DNA of 38,234 bases from positions 1-38,234 of IMG/VR virus record IMGVR_UViG_3300032225_001651; one strand, 5' to 3'. Positions 20,401 through 27,605 of this stretch are shown here, piece after piece; position 1 is the first letter of the stretch; each line of letters starts with the position of its first letter. The stretch is from a virus. Lineage: Duplodnaviria; Caudoviricetes. The translations under genes and the position numbers were made by a program. The notes beneath the pieces are model-generated. The model made no database searches and was not told where the DNA came from. It was given only the letters and a program-made list of their open reading frames with translations.

Positions 20401-22277
20401 GCAAATACGGGTTGGATAGCGTAGCGGTTAAGCAGCTAAAAGAACAGCTTGCCGCTTTGGATTCTGAGAATGCTGAGAGGACAAAGCAAAATGACCTTGC
20501 GGACATTCGTAACAAAATGCTTTCCGATGGTGAAGAGCCAGAATCAAAAAAACGCTTACGCAGTCCTAAAAGTCTCGAAGTCAAAAACGAACTCAACAAG
20601 GGAACTCCTGTAGAGCATCACTTAACTCAGTTTGAGGGACTTAAAGCCCTTATGTATTGGGAACAAAAACGCACACGGGCCTTAATGGAAAATGAAGGAT
20701 GGGGAGAGGAAAGTATTGCTCAACTCAAGAAGTTTCTTAAACCGGAAACTTACACTTTTCTTCCTTGGATACGATCAGCTTATGATCGTGGTTATAATCA
20801 TGCCAATCCAGTCAATGAACGCATGTTTAATATGACGATGGCGCGAAATAAGGACTATACCCCTATTTCAACGGCGCACGGTGAGAATGAGGCGGAAGGA
20901 TCGGCGCTTGACGCTTTGGTTGCTCCTGTTGGTTTAAGTTTCGGCGCTACGATTGAGCGCGTCCCTCATAATGCAACGCTTCGCATTCCCGACGCTGTTG
21001 ACGAAGTTTTTCAACACTATGCAAAGCTTTCTCATTGGGTGGCGAATGCTGAAAAAATCCGCGATATGCAATCTGTCTTGCTTCGTCCTGAAGTCGTGAA
21101 AGCTATCGAGCTTGCGCATGGAGATTCCGCCGTCCGTTCCATACGTTCAAGGATCGAAGACGAAACTGGAGAGGGACAACGCAAAGCGGCGGGTTATGAA
21201 TGGATTCGGCGTTTAGGTTCATCTTTCCAGAAAATGCGGACTTACAAAGCTTTGGCGTTTAATATCGGAACGCCTATGAAGCACGTTACGAATGTGCTCA
21301 AGGTGGCTGCTGACGAACAAATACCAACATCATCACTTGCTCTAGGTTACGGTAAATTGATTAGTGGCGAGTTACACCGAAACGGATCCATAGATCGCGT
21401 GATGCAATCCGAAACCATTCGTAATCGAATGGAAGCAGGCACGACGCCAGACCAGCGGGTTGCATCAGGCTTTGGCAGTAATGCACACGGGCAATTTGAA
21501 CAGCTTATGACCGATGGCATGAAGGGAATTCGTTATGCAGATGCCAAGTCGAACGGTTGGGGGGCAGCGATTGCTTATGATTATTATAATAACGTTGCGA
21601 AGTCTGATTTAAAAATGCAGCCAGCAATCGCAGACGCTTGGGCGATGGATAAGGTTGATCAGCTTGTTTACCATACGGCGGTTCCTGAAGATATTGCGAC
21701 TCGAACAGGGTTACAAAATAACAAATGGCAAAACCTTGTTTTCATGGGGATGTTCAAAACGCCAGCAGTTAAATGGGCATCAATGGAAGTTCATGCCGTT
21801 TTGCGTGCTTTTGATAGCGCCTCTAAAGGTGAATGGAATAAGTCATGGAGAGCAACAAGAACGGCACTTGTCACTCATTTTGCCGTTGGTGCAATGGAAG
21901 CTACGGTTATGGGGCTTTACCGTTATGCGTTTGTGAAACATGACGCAGAAGAAGCTTGGAGTCCTGAACATTACGGAGAGGCAATGTTGCTCGGTCCTCT
22001 TACGGGAATCGTTGGAGTAAGTGAAATAGCGCAAGAGACGATTTGGAAAATGCTAGGCATTCGTCATAAGCCTAACAACGGGGAAGGTTCTGCGCTCATT
22101 GAAGCCTTGCAACGCGCTATGCGCGGCGAAGCCGCCACAGGAAAAGACAAAGCAAAAGCAACGGCTGAACTCGCGGCTGATACGGTCGGCTTGTTCTCTC
22201 CGGCTACGGGTGTTCTTCCTGCTGTCGCACTTCGTATTTATACTTATTTCGCCAATCTCTTAGGCGCTGATAAATAA
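14496..22277 (+). CDS. Giant internal virion (gp16-like)/polyvalent protein with internal RadC-like JAB domain
   Basis: 2593 aa; last of the internal virion genes; E...HNHPSGDPSPSDAD...DHVI motif at about 17860-18140. Confidence 0.85.
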   Translation: MIDPNEPQAPIENGDNLPLPVDLVAAQNIRSFYTKPNYGFNEGDIASFNDLTSHVQNPEQDRARFFNNQFLAQHTGKDASEIAASSDSWQNAYAKQNWGKDAVTPKEFFDHKKADYELDDSLFKHASDAALLGTPPAQAYGEWQTANEAHPSLNTPLFADSHRAYDAAFKRTEAVVAPYRSEILGALAEADSPMSAAERLAKLPKDVQPAALQMMAALAQANAGKGGEGLAEGTAGHLIRGAKGVVNALGTGPERIGLFHAQDVLSLDNVSVPENVGTDPKAVASFFQNQGMTGDAQSSMSGLLTGYTKLSPERISAAREQVDQGLSTMRMAQQIKEMDEGIINPLVAKNFAQTAAYGLADFSPWIALGAAAPTATLPVLTASLKEDQYQNFLRQNPGMDERTADALSTASAIPSALAMEFGSVAVMKGVPTLAATMPSLARWLNQPVLTASAGLVKTAQDTAIHSLGGFVGMKASEAMPTIVQGLASALSEDVPEVKWDERIAEFKKIQTNGEMLVPVVLMSLISAGHASFQQVGHFKEMASNADALRAVGGFDESQVNKITLAASKGDLQGAQDLMREGFKATGLDQKELGAQQQVLAKNYADLMEQRKAGIEHLQNTGAAPIFQANEDGSASLTFKDGTKASYPDRQSATDALYNHIEQQKVNLLSSVREHGARMLASVPAGEEYALNYHPENRTNINVENDAAEKAVQKATADGLDEAGIEAARVAAIEKVKASIQERADIGKRLGEEDKNNQAGYDQTKALVDATAQDSDSRDVAYQILGANRSELNGEVMRHTLDFYNGHSVLTSAEEFAERAASRMVADPKQRAWLHNALREIEARSQALGAPLELLGAKDDAQVTDADLKEGWSHLVASEFINQAGTDSRLKAGAKDVAAIQAHIARVRQAIDESKASPAMVATAHFFDSFMKRAEVLKQLADSGQLPDDVHGMLAKSLGLDEQHLHEQSAIKEAEKLKQEMAAKGLELSGEDAPFSMVDAKVIQGYLELNDIPLEKQEGAKKAISKAQKASSKPYSLSLPETRGVDRGIINSARERQADAYRRLVLGDTEGTRKNIAEGVPMSSLMGQFIGREIPNFDIRGAVIDTPKDLALHILAHRTPYFESLKVIVLDDNSQVIHSQIVHVGSLNEAVASPQNILGIVDAAKMLNPDVPVGGFMISHNHPSGDPSPSDADRRVTKLLESASQMLNIPFVDHVITNGKTYFSFRESLLMVGNGEFTENGKLRLSEIKPSHKFGDLADFEAIPMDERKKLSQPDHSKSIIDTLRTTDPNQIHALHLDTRLNLIGVTRHELETNKVNSVSQILDNTRKMGAYGFIVSFPENVSNENAGSYISRLRDGAKLLETKFLDASTKEMHSRVEFGLMEDSKPFAQAESYSLAPHNLDSSFAGIYDAFKRSPDLRRNIGLEVARKLSARLNGTDGSEGLHDLVAASRSRSDLQKESGVRQALRERELVDEGMSKLTPETMAAFHSDSAIADARKQPVIENLIRPDANAIAGVKGRMMHPSRAELTLKGEYEDAPEGLPPWFWGGNLKPDQAAQELFEQGLIPDAYPSTMWAAVESAFKTANANKADIRKAQDAVKGVERTAKTQARDESKAWFDKAVKDQPSNKQKLLGWLRTLDALTSALPPEVRAKVGGYTKLASLTTDEARLKEIVRRSEKMQVELEKYLQNEFRGQIDDLLDKASSEKNGAGVRISKKFTAEGQHYFDEAKRVSDMSPTELSAHQEKLENDLDTLSQGNVDPDLQDRLLQEIGIASVYGNLDSKDAEGLANAHAELQKAYEEERGIRQSKDTARKNYLKSIADNAIEKLGNLRKIEAVDLHNAKTKRKKGAATLTNAFNSLVDGTLSTTHDILSRVLGVDAEATKEFGDIQQRRANHKAKEIEIELTKSWEDHLTKLYGGGVTARYRWISKLAALRQTEEKTGVFVQSGRKIETKPVDIERAREVVASGDGSKYGLDSVAVKQLKEQLAALDSENAERTKQNDLADIRNKMLSDGEEPESKKRLRSPKSLEVKNELNKGTPVEHHLTQFEGLKALMYWEQKRTRALMENEGWGEESIAQLKKFLKPETYTFLPWIRSAYDRGYNHANPVNERMFNMTMARNKDYTPISTAHGENEAEGSALDALVAPVGLSFGATIERVPHNATLRIPDAVDEVFQHYAKLSHWVANAEKIRDMQSVLLRPEVVKAIELAHGDSAVRSIRSRIEDETGEGQRKAAGYEWIRRLGSSFQKMRTYKALAFNIGTPMKHVTNVLKVAADEQIPTSSLALGYGKLISGELHRNGSIDRVMQSETIRNRMEAGTTPDQRVASGFGSNAHGQFEQLMTDGMKGIRYADAKSNGWGAAIAYDYYNNVAKSDLKMQPAIADAWAMDKVDQLVYHTAVPEDIATRTGLQNNKWQNLVFMGMFKTPAVKWASMEVHAVLRAFDSASKGEWNKSWRATRTALVTHFAVGAMEATVMGLYRYAFVKHDAEEAWSPEHYGEAMLLGPLTGIVGVSEIAQETIWKMLGIRHKPNNGEGSALIEALQRAMRGEAATGKDKAKATAELAADTVGLFSPATGVLPAVALRIYTYFANLLGADK

Positions 22278-22309
22278 TAATGTTCTACGTGGAACGAGGA
22301 AACAACTAC

Positions 22310-22337
22310 TTGTCAAAATCGAGGAAACAATTACAAT
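22310..22337 (+). promoter_or_regulatory. Candidate tail-fibre promoter with tandem CGAGGAAACAA boxes
   Basis: TTGTCA-AAATCGAGGAAACAAT-TACAAT (16-bp spacer); second box at 22295; ATG 7 nt after the -10. Confidence 0.65.
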
Positions 22338-22344
22338 CAGAACC

Positions 22345-23322
22345 ATGAGCGTTTCGACTTCCGCTTCAGCCTTCGTATTCACGGGGAACGGCTCAACGTC
22401 GACGCCTTACGCCTTCACCTTTCCGGCGTTAGATCGCGCTCACATCTACGTTGCCACGACTACGGCGGCGGGCGTCGTTACCGTGCTTGCTGAAGGTGTA
22501 GGCTACACCCTGACAACCACGTTAGACGGGGAAGGCCGCATTATCGGCGGTAGCATTGTCACTGCCACAGCTTACAATAGCACGTATAAAATTACTGTGT
22601 TCCGTCAGACGGCGCTGCTTCAGCCCACTGAATTACCAGAGACAGGGCCGCTACCTTCCCACGCCATCGAAATCGGTTTGGATCGTAACACGCTGTTGTT
22701 GCAAGAGCTTCATCGCCGTTTGCTGGCTTTGGAAGGGAACTCTGACTCTGGCAGCGTGGTTGTTGTTCCGGCTGGCTCTACTGGCACGGATTCCTTGCAG
22801 GATGTCGCCACATTCGACAACGCCACAGTGCGAGGAAACACTAAACCAAAGCGCATCGGGCAACTTGGCCTTCAGCTTTCAGATAATACCCTTTGGCGCG
22901 CCACGTCCATTTCAACAGGCGCTTGGGTGTCGGTGCCGATTACAGGCGACACGGGCGCGGCTGGTCCCGCTAATTCTCTCGATATTGGGACGGTTAATTC
23001 CGGCTCCTCTGCTTCAGCTTCTATTGCAGGTGCGCCCCCAAACCAAGTATTAAGCTTAGTATTGCCCAAAGGTGACAAAGGGGACACGGGCGATGTTGGC
23101 GGCGTCGGTCCTGCAAATTCTCTTTCTATTGGCACTGTGACTGTAGGGGCTGCTGCTGCAACGATTACCGGCACAGCGCCATCGCAGGTATTGAACCTTG
23201 TTCTTCAAAAGGGTGATAAAGGTGATGCCGGCAATGATGGAAGTAATGGCGGAACTTTTGCCGATGCTCCCGCCGACGGTTTCACATACGCTAGAAAAAA
23301 TAATGCGTGGATTAGAGTTTAA
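22345..23322 (+). CDS. Tail fibre with T7 gp17-like N-terminal adaptor, collagen-like repeats and foldon-like C-terminus
   Basis: FTGNGSTSTPYAFTF...IEIGLDRNTLLLQE; duplicated GPANSL.IGTV...QVL.LVL.KGDKGD unit; DAPADGFTYARKNNAW end. Confidence 0.85.
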   Translation: MSVSTSASAFVFTGNGSTSTPYAFTFPALDRAHIYVATTTAAGVVTVLAEGVGYTLTTTLDGEGRIIGGSIVTATAYNSTYKITVFRQTALLQPTELPETGPLPSHAIEIGLDRNTLLLQELHRRLLALEGNSDSGSVVVVPAGSTGTDSLQDVATFDNATVRGNTKPKRIGQLGLQLSDNTLWRATSISTGAWVSVPITGDTGAAGPANSLDIGTVNSGSSASASIAGAPPNQVLSLVLPKGDKGDTGDVGGVGPANSLSIGTVTVGAAAATITGTAPSQVLNLVLQKGDKGDAGNDGSNGGTFADAPADGFTYARKNNAWIRV

Positions 23323-23333
23323 ATTTTAACACT

Positions 23334-24608
23334 ATGGGACTTCAACCATCTGACTTCACTACTGGCGACATTGCATTGTCTCGCAACACAGGCAACGGCA
23401 CTTGGGAATTTACCAAGATGCCAGCAACGCCAGATACGGTGTTTGGTATAAACGGTTCCGGCGTTGTTACGGCTATCGCAACAAGTAGTCTTGGCGGGGG
23501 TGCTACCAGCTTTGCCGGACTCACAGGCAAAGCAAGCACGGCTCAAGGTGGACTAAATCAGGACAATTCAGGAACTTCAACCTTTACACCAGCTCAAGGG
23601 GTGTTTTTTGACTTGGTTCAAACCAAGACAAATTACATTGAGGGAATCTTACAAAATCTTAGTGGTGCAGCAGCAGCCAGCACTGACTTAGTGCTATCTA
23701 ATGACGTTTCCACAGCCACGACGTTCTACGGCAATTTTGGCATTAACTCCAGTGGCTTTACTGGCAGCGGCTCACTCAACCTTGCCAGCGCTACTTATCT
23801 TACTGCCACTAGTGGCGAACTTGTCCTAGGCACTACGACAGCTAATGGGATTAGGTTTGTTACCAATTCAGGAACAACGGATGCGCTAAACATCACTAAT
23901 GCAAACGCTGTTATTTTTAATCAAACATGGAATGCCGCTGGAACTACTTTCAACGGTTATGACATTAAAATCACAGACACAGCAAGCGCTGCTGCATCAG
24001 TGGCTTTTCGAGTGTTAGGTGGCGCGTCAGCTTCCGCCGTCTTGTTCTCAGTAAGACGAGATGGATCATTTCTTTTTACGAATTCTGATTCTAGCGGGTC
24101 TATTGGAACATTTACTACCTATTATGGTAGCATTAACTTTACGACTAATGGTTCTACCGAGTTAATCTGCTCATCAAATTTAATTACTTCAGCATCAAAA
24201 TTTGGAGTTTCTCAGGCGTCAGGAACTGTTGTTGGATATTTTTTCTTAGATTCGGCTGGAGTTTTTGGGCAAAGAAATTCTACAAATGCCCAATCCTTCC
24301 GCGTTTACGGCACTTACACGGACGCCAGCAACTATGTTCGTCTTGGTCTTAATACCACTTCAACAACGCTAACGATTGCCGCAGAATCAGCAGGGACAGG
24401 TGCGGCTAATATCGACCTTGTGCTAACACCGAAAGGAACAGGCAATATTAGCCTACCAGGTGGCACCATGTTTAAAACAGCAGCAGCTTTAACGAATGGA
24501 GCTGCCGCAGCCGTGGGAACTTTGACTAATGCGCCTGTAGCGGGGAACCCTACAAAATGGGCACCTATTAACGATAACGGAACAACACGATATATTCCAA
24601 TGTGGTAA
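23334..24608 (+). CDS. Second tail fibre/receptor-binding protein
   Basis: 424 aa, Thr/Ser/Gly/Asn-rich beta protein, NIDLVLTPKGTG motif, ends RYIPMW; AT-rich. Confidence 0.7.
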   Translation: MGLQPSDFTTGDIALSRNTGNGTWEFTKMPATPDTVFGINGSGVVTAIATSSLGGGATSFAGLTGKASTAQGGLNQDNSGTSTFTPAQGVFFDLVQTKTNYIEGILQNLSGAAAASTDLVLSNDVSTATTFYGNFGINSSGFTGSGSLNLASATYLTATSGELVLGTTTANGIRFVTNSGTTDALNITNANAVIFNQTWNAAGTTFNGYDIKITDTASAAASVAFRVLGGASASAVLFSVRRDGSFLFTNSDSSGSIGTFTTYYGSINFTTNGSTELICSSNLITSASKFGVSQASGTVVGYFFLDSAGVFGQRNSTNAQSFRVYGTYTDASNYVRLGLNTTSTTLTIAAESAGTGAANIDLVLTPKGTGNISLPGGTMFKTAAALTNGAAAAVGTLTNAPVAGNPTKWAPINDNGTTRYIPMW

Positions 24609-24612
24609 TCCT

Positions 24613-24861
24613 ATGAACTTATCTCTTTCAGATTCAGCTATTGCCGCGCTTGAAGCGGAAGCTTCTAAACGGAATACCGTAGATTCAAAAGGTAAAACTA
24701 CAGCGGAAACTCTAGCGACTGAGCTAGTCGAAAGTGCCGCTACAAGTTATGCTGTCTCAGCAACTCGGGCGAAGGCTGAGGCTCTTTGGGCAAAGCTCCA
24801 AGCTGCACCATCCGAAGTTCAACAAGCCGTCTTAGCGGCAGCAGAAAATGCGCTTTTATAA
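24613..24861 (+). CDS. Hypothetical small helical protein
   Basis: 82-aa Ala-rich ORF tightly following the fibre gene. Confidence 0.65.
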   Translation: MNLSLSDSAIAALEAEASKRNTVDSKGKTTAETLATELVESAATSYAVSATRAKAEALWAKLQAAPSEVQQAVLAAAENALL

Positions 24862-24864
24862 TTT

Positions 24865-25029
24865 ATGAAACCAACCAAAGAACAACTAGCCGAAGCCATC
24901 GAAGATTACGCAGCTGCAAAAGCTACGAATCGTCCCAATCTTATCCAAGCCACAGCTAAACGGCTTAGTGAATATGTCGAAGCTTTGTTTGCCCCTAAAA
25001 ACCCTTGTCCTGACGTTGAGCCAAAATAA
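24865..25029 (+). CDS. Hypothetical 54-aa protein (not in ORF track)
   Basis: MKPTKEQLAEAIEDY...VEPK; fills the gap exactly, TAATG-coupled to the next gene. Confidence 0.65.
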   Translation: MKPTKEQLAEAIEDYAAAKATNRPNLIQATAKRLSEYVEALFAPKNPCPDVEPK

Positions 25030-25496
25030 TGCTAACTTACCGCTACAGTCCTATTTATGTATTTGCCACTCCTGACGGACGTGACGCATTGCCAGCGTTG
25101 AAAGATGCGATGGTTAAATGGGCTAAAAGCGGATTGGTTGCGTTCTCGCCAATGGTAGGAGATAAACGAATCTTCTTTGAGTTTGGCCCTTTGGATGACG
25201 GCGTTATTGCCCATACTTATTTACCAACTCAAGAAGATGATTACACGCGAATTGTCTTCAACGAAGAAACCGACTGGAGCCTAGCAACTGGATGGTGGAG
25301 ATTGAATCCTTTCACGTTTGGCTATGAGAGCTTGCTACAAGTCTTCTGTCATGAACTTGGTCATGTTTTGGGATTAGTCCATGCGCCCAACAACGCTAAC
25401 TCGGTCATGATTCATAACGATGACGTGAACGGTATTCATCAAGCACCCTTTCCGACGAAGTGGGATTTTGAACAGCTTAAAAAACGACTAGCATGA
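25029..25496 (+). CDS. Matrixin-like (metzincin, M10) zinc metalloprotease
   Basis: HELGHVLGLVH (HExxHxxGxxH), Met-turn NSVM, upstream GVIAHTYLP. Confidence 0.85.
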   Translation: MLTYRYSPIYVFATPDGRDALPALKDAMVKWAKSGLVAFSPMVGDKRIFFEFGPLDDGVIAHTYLPTQEDDYTRIVFNEETDWSLATGWWRLNPFTFGYESLLQVFCHELGHVLGLVHAPNNANSVMIHNDDVNGIHQAPFPTKWDFEQLKKRLA

Positions 25497-25657
25497 GCTA
25501 CCCATCCCCAGCTTGCAAAAACACACAGCACGGCTGCGCTTTGTTCGCCTTCGTGGTCATCATCGCGGCGGCGGTGCTTTGTGCGTTCTGCGCCGTTGGA
25601 GATGCCGGGACTAAAGCGCAAGAACTACCCCACCCCCACACAATCCCCCACCCATGA
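25493..25657 (+). CDS. 54-aa membrane protein (not in ORF track)
   Basis: MSYPSP...ALFAFVVIIAAAVLCAFCAV...; ATGA overlaps at both ends. Confidence 0.6.
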   Translation: MSYPSPACKNTQHGCALFAFVVIIAAAVLCAFCAVGDAGTKAQELPHPHTIPHP

Positions 25658-25998
25658 CTGCCCTTGCTCGCGCCATTTATAATGATATTCCCGCTTACAT
25701 CGTCCGGGGCATTCTGGTTGCCCTTTCCATGCTGACGTTCGGCTATGTGGTCTTTTGGAGTGATGACCACAATGATGCTCGTTACATCAAACAAATGGAC
25801 TGGAAACGTGAACATGATCGCGTGCTTGATGCGCAAAAGGAACATGCGGAAAGGATTATTACCATGGAACGTGCGCAACGTTCGACTGAACAAGTCAACG
25901 TGGGCGTTGCTAAAGACCTTAGCTACCTCAAAGAAAGCCAAGGCCGATTAGAAAAACACATTGAGGAAGCTTTAATGGTCCTCAAATCCAAGCCATGA
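25654..25998 (+). CDS. Membrane-anchored coiled-coil protein (candidate i-spanin or holin)
   Basis: N-terminal hydrophobic segment then a charged helix; followed by a lipoprotein. Confidence 0.55.
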   Translation: MTALARAIYNDIPAYIVRGILVALSMLTFGYVVFWSDDHNDARYIKQMDWKREHDRVLDAQKEHAERIITMERAQRSTEQVNVGVAKDLSYLKESQGRLEKHIEEALMVLKSKP

Positions 25999-26195
25999 GA
26001 ACCGCGCTTCTATCTCTTCTGCTTTTCCTGAGTGCGTGCTCCTCGCCGCCACTCCCGCCGCATGTCATTCAATACAGCGGCAAAGGCACGCTGACCGTGA
26101 CCGTGCAGCGCGAACAGCCAACCAATATTTTAACTTCTGTAGGCGAGAGCCTTGGAAGCATCGCCAGTAAACTCGTTCCCTTCTTATTGCCATGA
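25995..26195 (+). CDS. Lipoprotein (candidate o-spanin)
   Basis: Signal peptide with lipobox LSAC followed by SSPPLPP. Confidence 0.65.
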   Translation: MRTALLSLLLFLSACSSPPLPPHVIQYSGKGTLTVTVQREQPTNILTSVGESLGSIASKLVPFLLP

Positions 26196-26629
26196 ACTTC
26201 TTTCAACGTCTTGAAGATCAAATCTTGAAAGCCTACCATAGCTTTCTGACTCCTGCCGTTACCTCGGTCATTGAGGGACAAATCGCCTCGGTAAATCTTG
26301 ATCCGGTTCATGCCGACAAATCAGGCGACGAAAAGCATTTCTTGGTTGCGGCTTTTGTCGCTGACTTCTTCAAGATCGCTGAAACGGTGGCTCACAGCTT
26401 GGTTAAGATTGTCTTTGATCGACTGGAAGCCAAAGAGCCTGCTATTCTTCAGCCAATCACGGAACAGATTGAGCAAGCGGCGCAAGGCGTGGTTTCTGAC
26501 GTGGCCGCACAAGCCAGCGTCTCCATGACAGCCAGCCCTTTTACCCAAGCGGCAACGATCCAATCCCCGAAGGGAACGCTTGCCGCCGTGCTTTCTATGC
26601 CAACGAATCTCACCCCCCAAGCCCCTTGA
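26192..26629 (+). CDS. Hypothetical protein of lysis block
   Basis: 145 aa, ATGA-coupled; KSGDEK...V motif loosely recalls LL-H-type holin-associated proteins. Confidence 0.55.
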   Translation: MNFFQRLEDQILKAYHSFLTPAVTSVIEGQIASVNLDPVHADKSGDEKHFLVAAFVADFFKIAETVAHSLVKIVFDRLEAKEPAILQPITEQIEQAAQGVVSDVAAQASVSMTASPFTQAATIQSPKGTLAAVLSMPTNLTPQAP

Positions 26630-26631
26630 TT

Positions 26632-26928
26632 ATGCCTCCTAATCTTTACATCCCAATCCAACCCAAGGACACGAAGGAACCCGCTTTCTACATTGGCTTA
26701 CTGAACATGTTCATCTCTTCAGGATGGGCGAAACGCCAGGGCTTAAAGTATGCAGGGATGGCAGCGGCGATGCTAGGCACTTACCTGGCTAACAACATTC
26801 ACCCGGACGATACGAATTTGATCCCTACGATCACCGCAGGCGTGGCTGCAGCGTTGGCCTTGGGGTTTGAATTCGTTCAAAGTTACTTTGCCACTCATGC
26901 CGCTCCTAAAGCTGAAGTAGTCGAATGA
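26632..26928 (+). CDS. Two-TM membrane protein, candidate holin
   Basis: Hydrophobic segments YAGMAAAMLGTYLA and IPTITAGVAAALALGF; upstream of the candidate endolysin. Confidence 0.55.
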   Translation: MPPNLYIPIQPKDTKEPAFYIGLLNMFISSGWAKRQGLKYAGMAAAMLGTYLANNIHPDDTNLIPTITAGVAAALALGFEFVQSYFATHAAPKAEVVE

Positions 26929-26986
26929 GCTTCACGGACTGGATTGATATTATCGGCTCTGCGCCACTTCCTCCCCCTTCTCGCGA

Positions 26987-27385
26987 ATGAACACCATCAC
27001 AGCCTCCAGCTTTGCAGACATGGCCGATGTCGCACGGTATCAGCACGCTAAAGCGATGGGCTGGAGCGATGCGCGGGCCTTTAAGGTCGGTGACAACGGC
27101 ATAGGCTTCACGGGCCATCTATGCGCAACGGAAACTGAAAACTGTTGCGCTTTGCCTTGGGAAATCTGGATGGGCAAATGGGGTGATAAAGCACATGCAG
27201 CGGGGCGCGGCGTCTCCGTCACTTACAACGGTAAGACCGTTCACGGTAGGATGTGGGATACCATGCCGCATCTTGCACAAATCACGAACGGGGCAGGCAT
27301 TGACTTGAACCCAGGCTTCGCGAAAGCCTTTGGCGTGAAACCTCCCTTTATGCTTCACGGGGTTACTTGGGAATGGATCGACTAG
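26987..27385 (+). CDS. Candidate endolysin, double-psi beta-barrel (RlpA/barwin-like) lytic transglycosylase
   Basis: CCALP...VSVTYNGKTVHGRMWDTMP...GIDLNPGFAKAFG matches the DPBB pattern; last gene of the late operon. Confidence 0.6.
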   Translation: MNTITASSFADMADVARYQHAKAMGWSDARAFKVGDNGIGFTGHLCATETENCCALPWEIWMGKWGDKAHAAGRGVSVTYNGKTVHGRMWDTMPHLAQITNGAGIDLNPGFAKAFGVKPPFMLHGVTWEWID

Positions 27386-27605
27386 CCCGCATCTTTGCAG
27401 GGTGCTTTCCTCCTATCTGCTTGCGTCTATAGGCGCGTGAACGCTCGCGATGTTTCTGCAACGCTTTGGGTGTGATGCGCTCGGCAAAGAACTCTTTCTT
27501 CCTGCGTAGAACCTTCTTCCTAAAAGTGGGGTTCTTTGCGTGGTAGTGGTTTCGATACCATTCCCGCTGATAGGCTCGCTTGGCCTCAAGATCAATTGGC
27601 GTCAT
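27363..27605 (-). CDS. Small basic hypothetical protein
   Basis: 80 aa, KRAYQREWY, Arg/Lys-rich; overlaps the integrase 3' end. Confidence 0.55.
   Translation of the reverse strand: MTPIDLEAKRAYQREWYRNHYHAKNPTFRKKVLRRKKEFFAERITPKALQKHRERSRAYRRKQIGGKHPAKMRASRSIPK

Noticed and set aside
849-22277. Assignment to T7-like Autographiviridae
   Set aside because: Virion module is T7-like, but there is no RNA or DNA polymerase and the phage has an integrase and lambdoid replication genes.
22345-24608. BPP-1-like diversity-generating retroelement
   Set aside because: No reverse transcriptase, and no template/variable repeat pair noticed.
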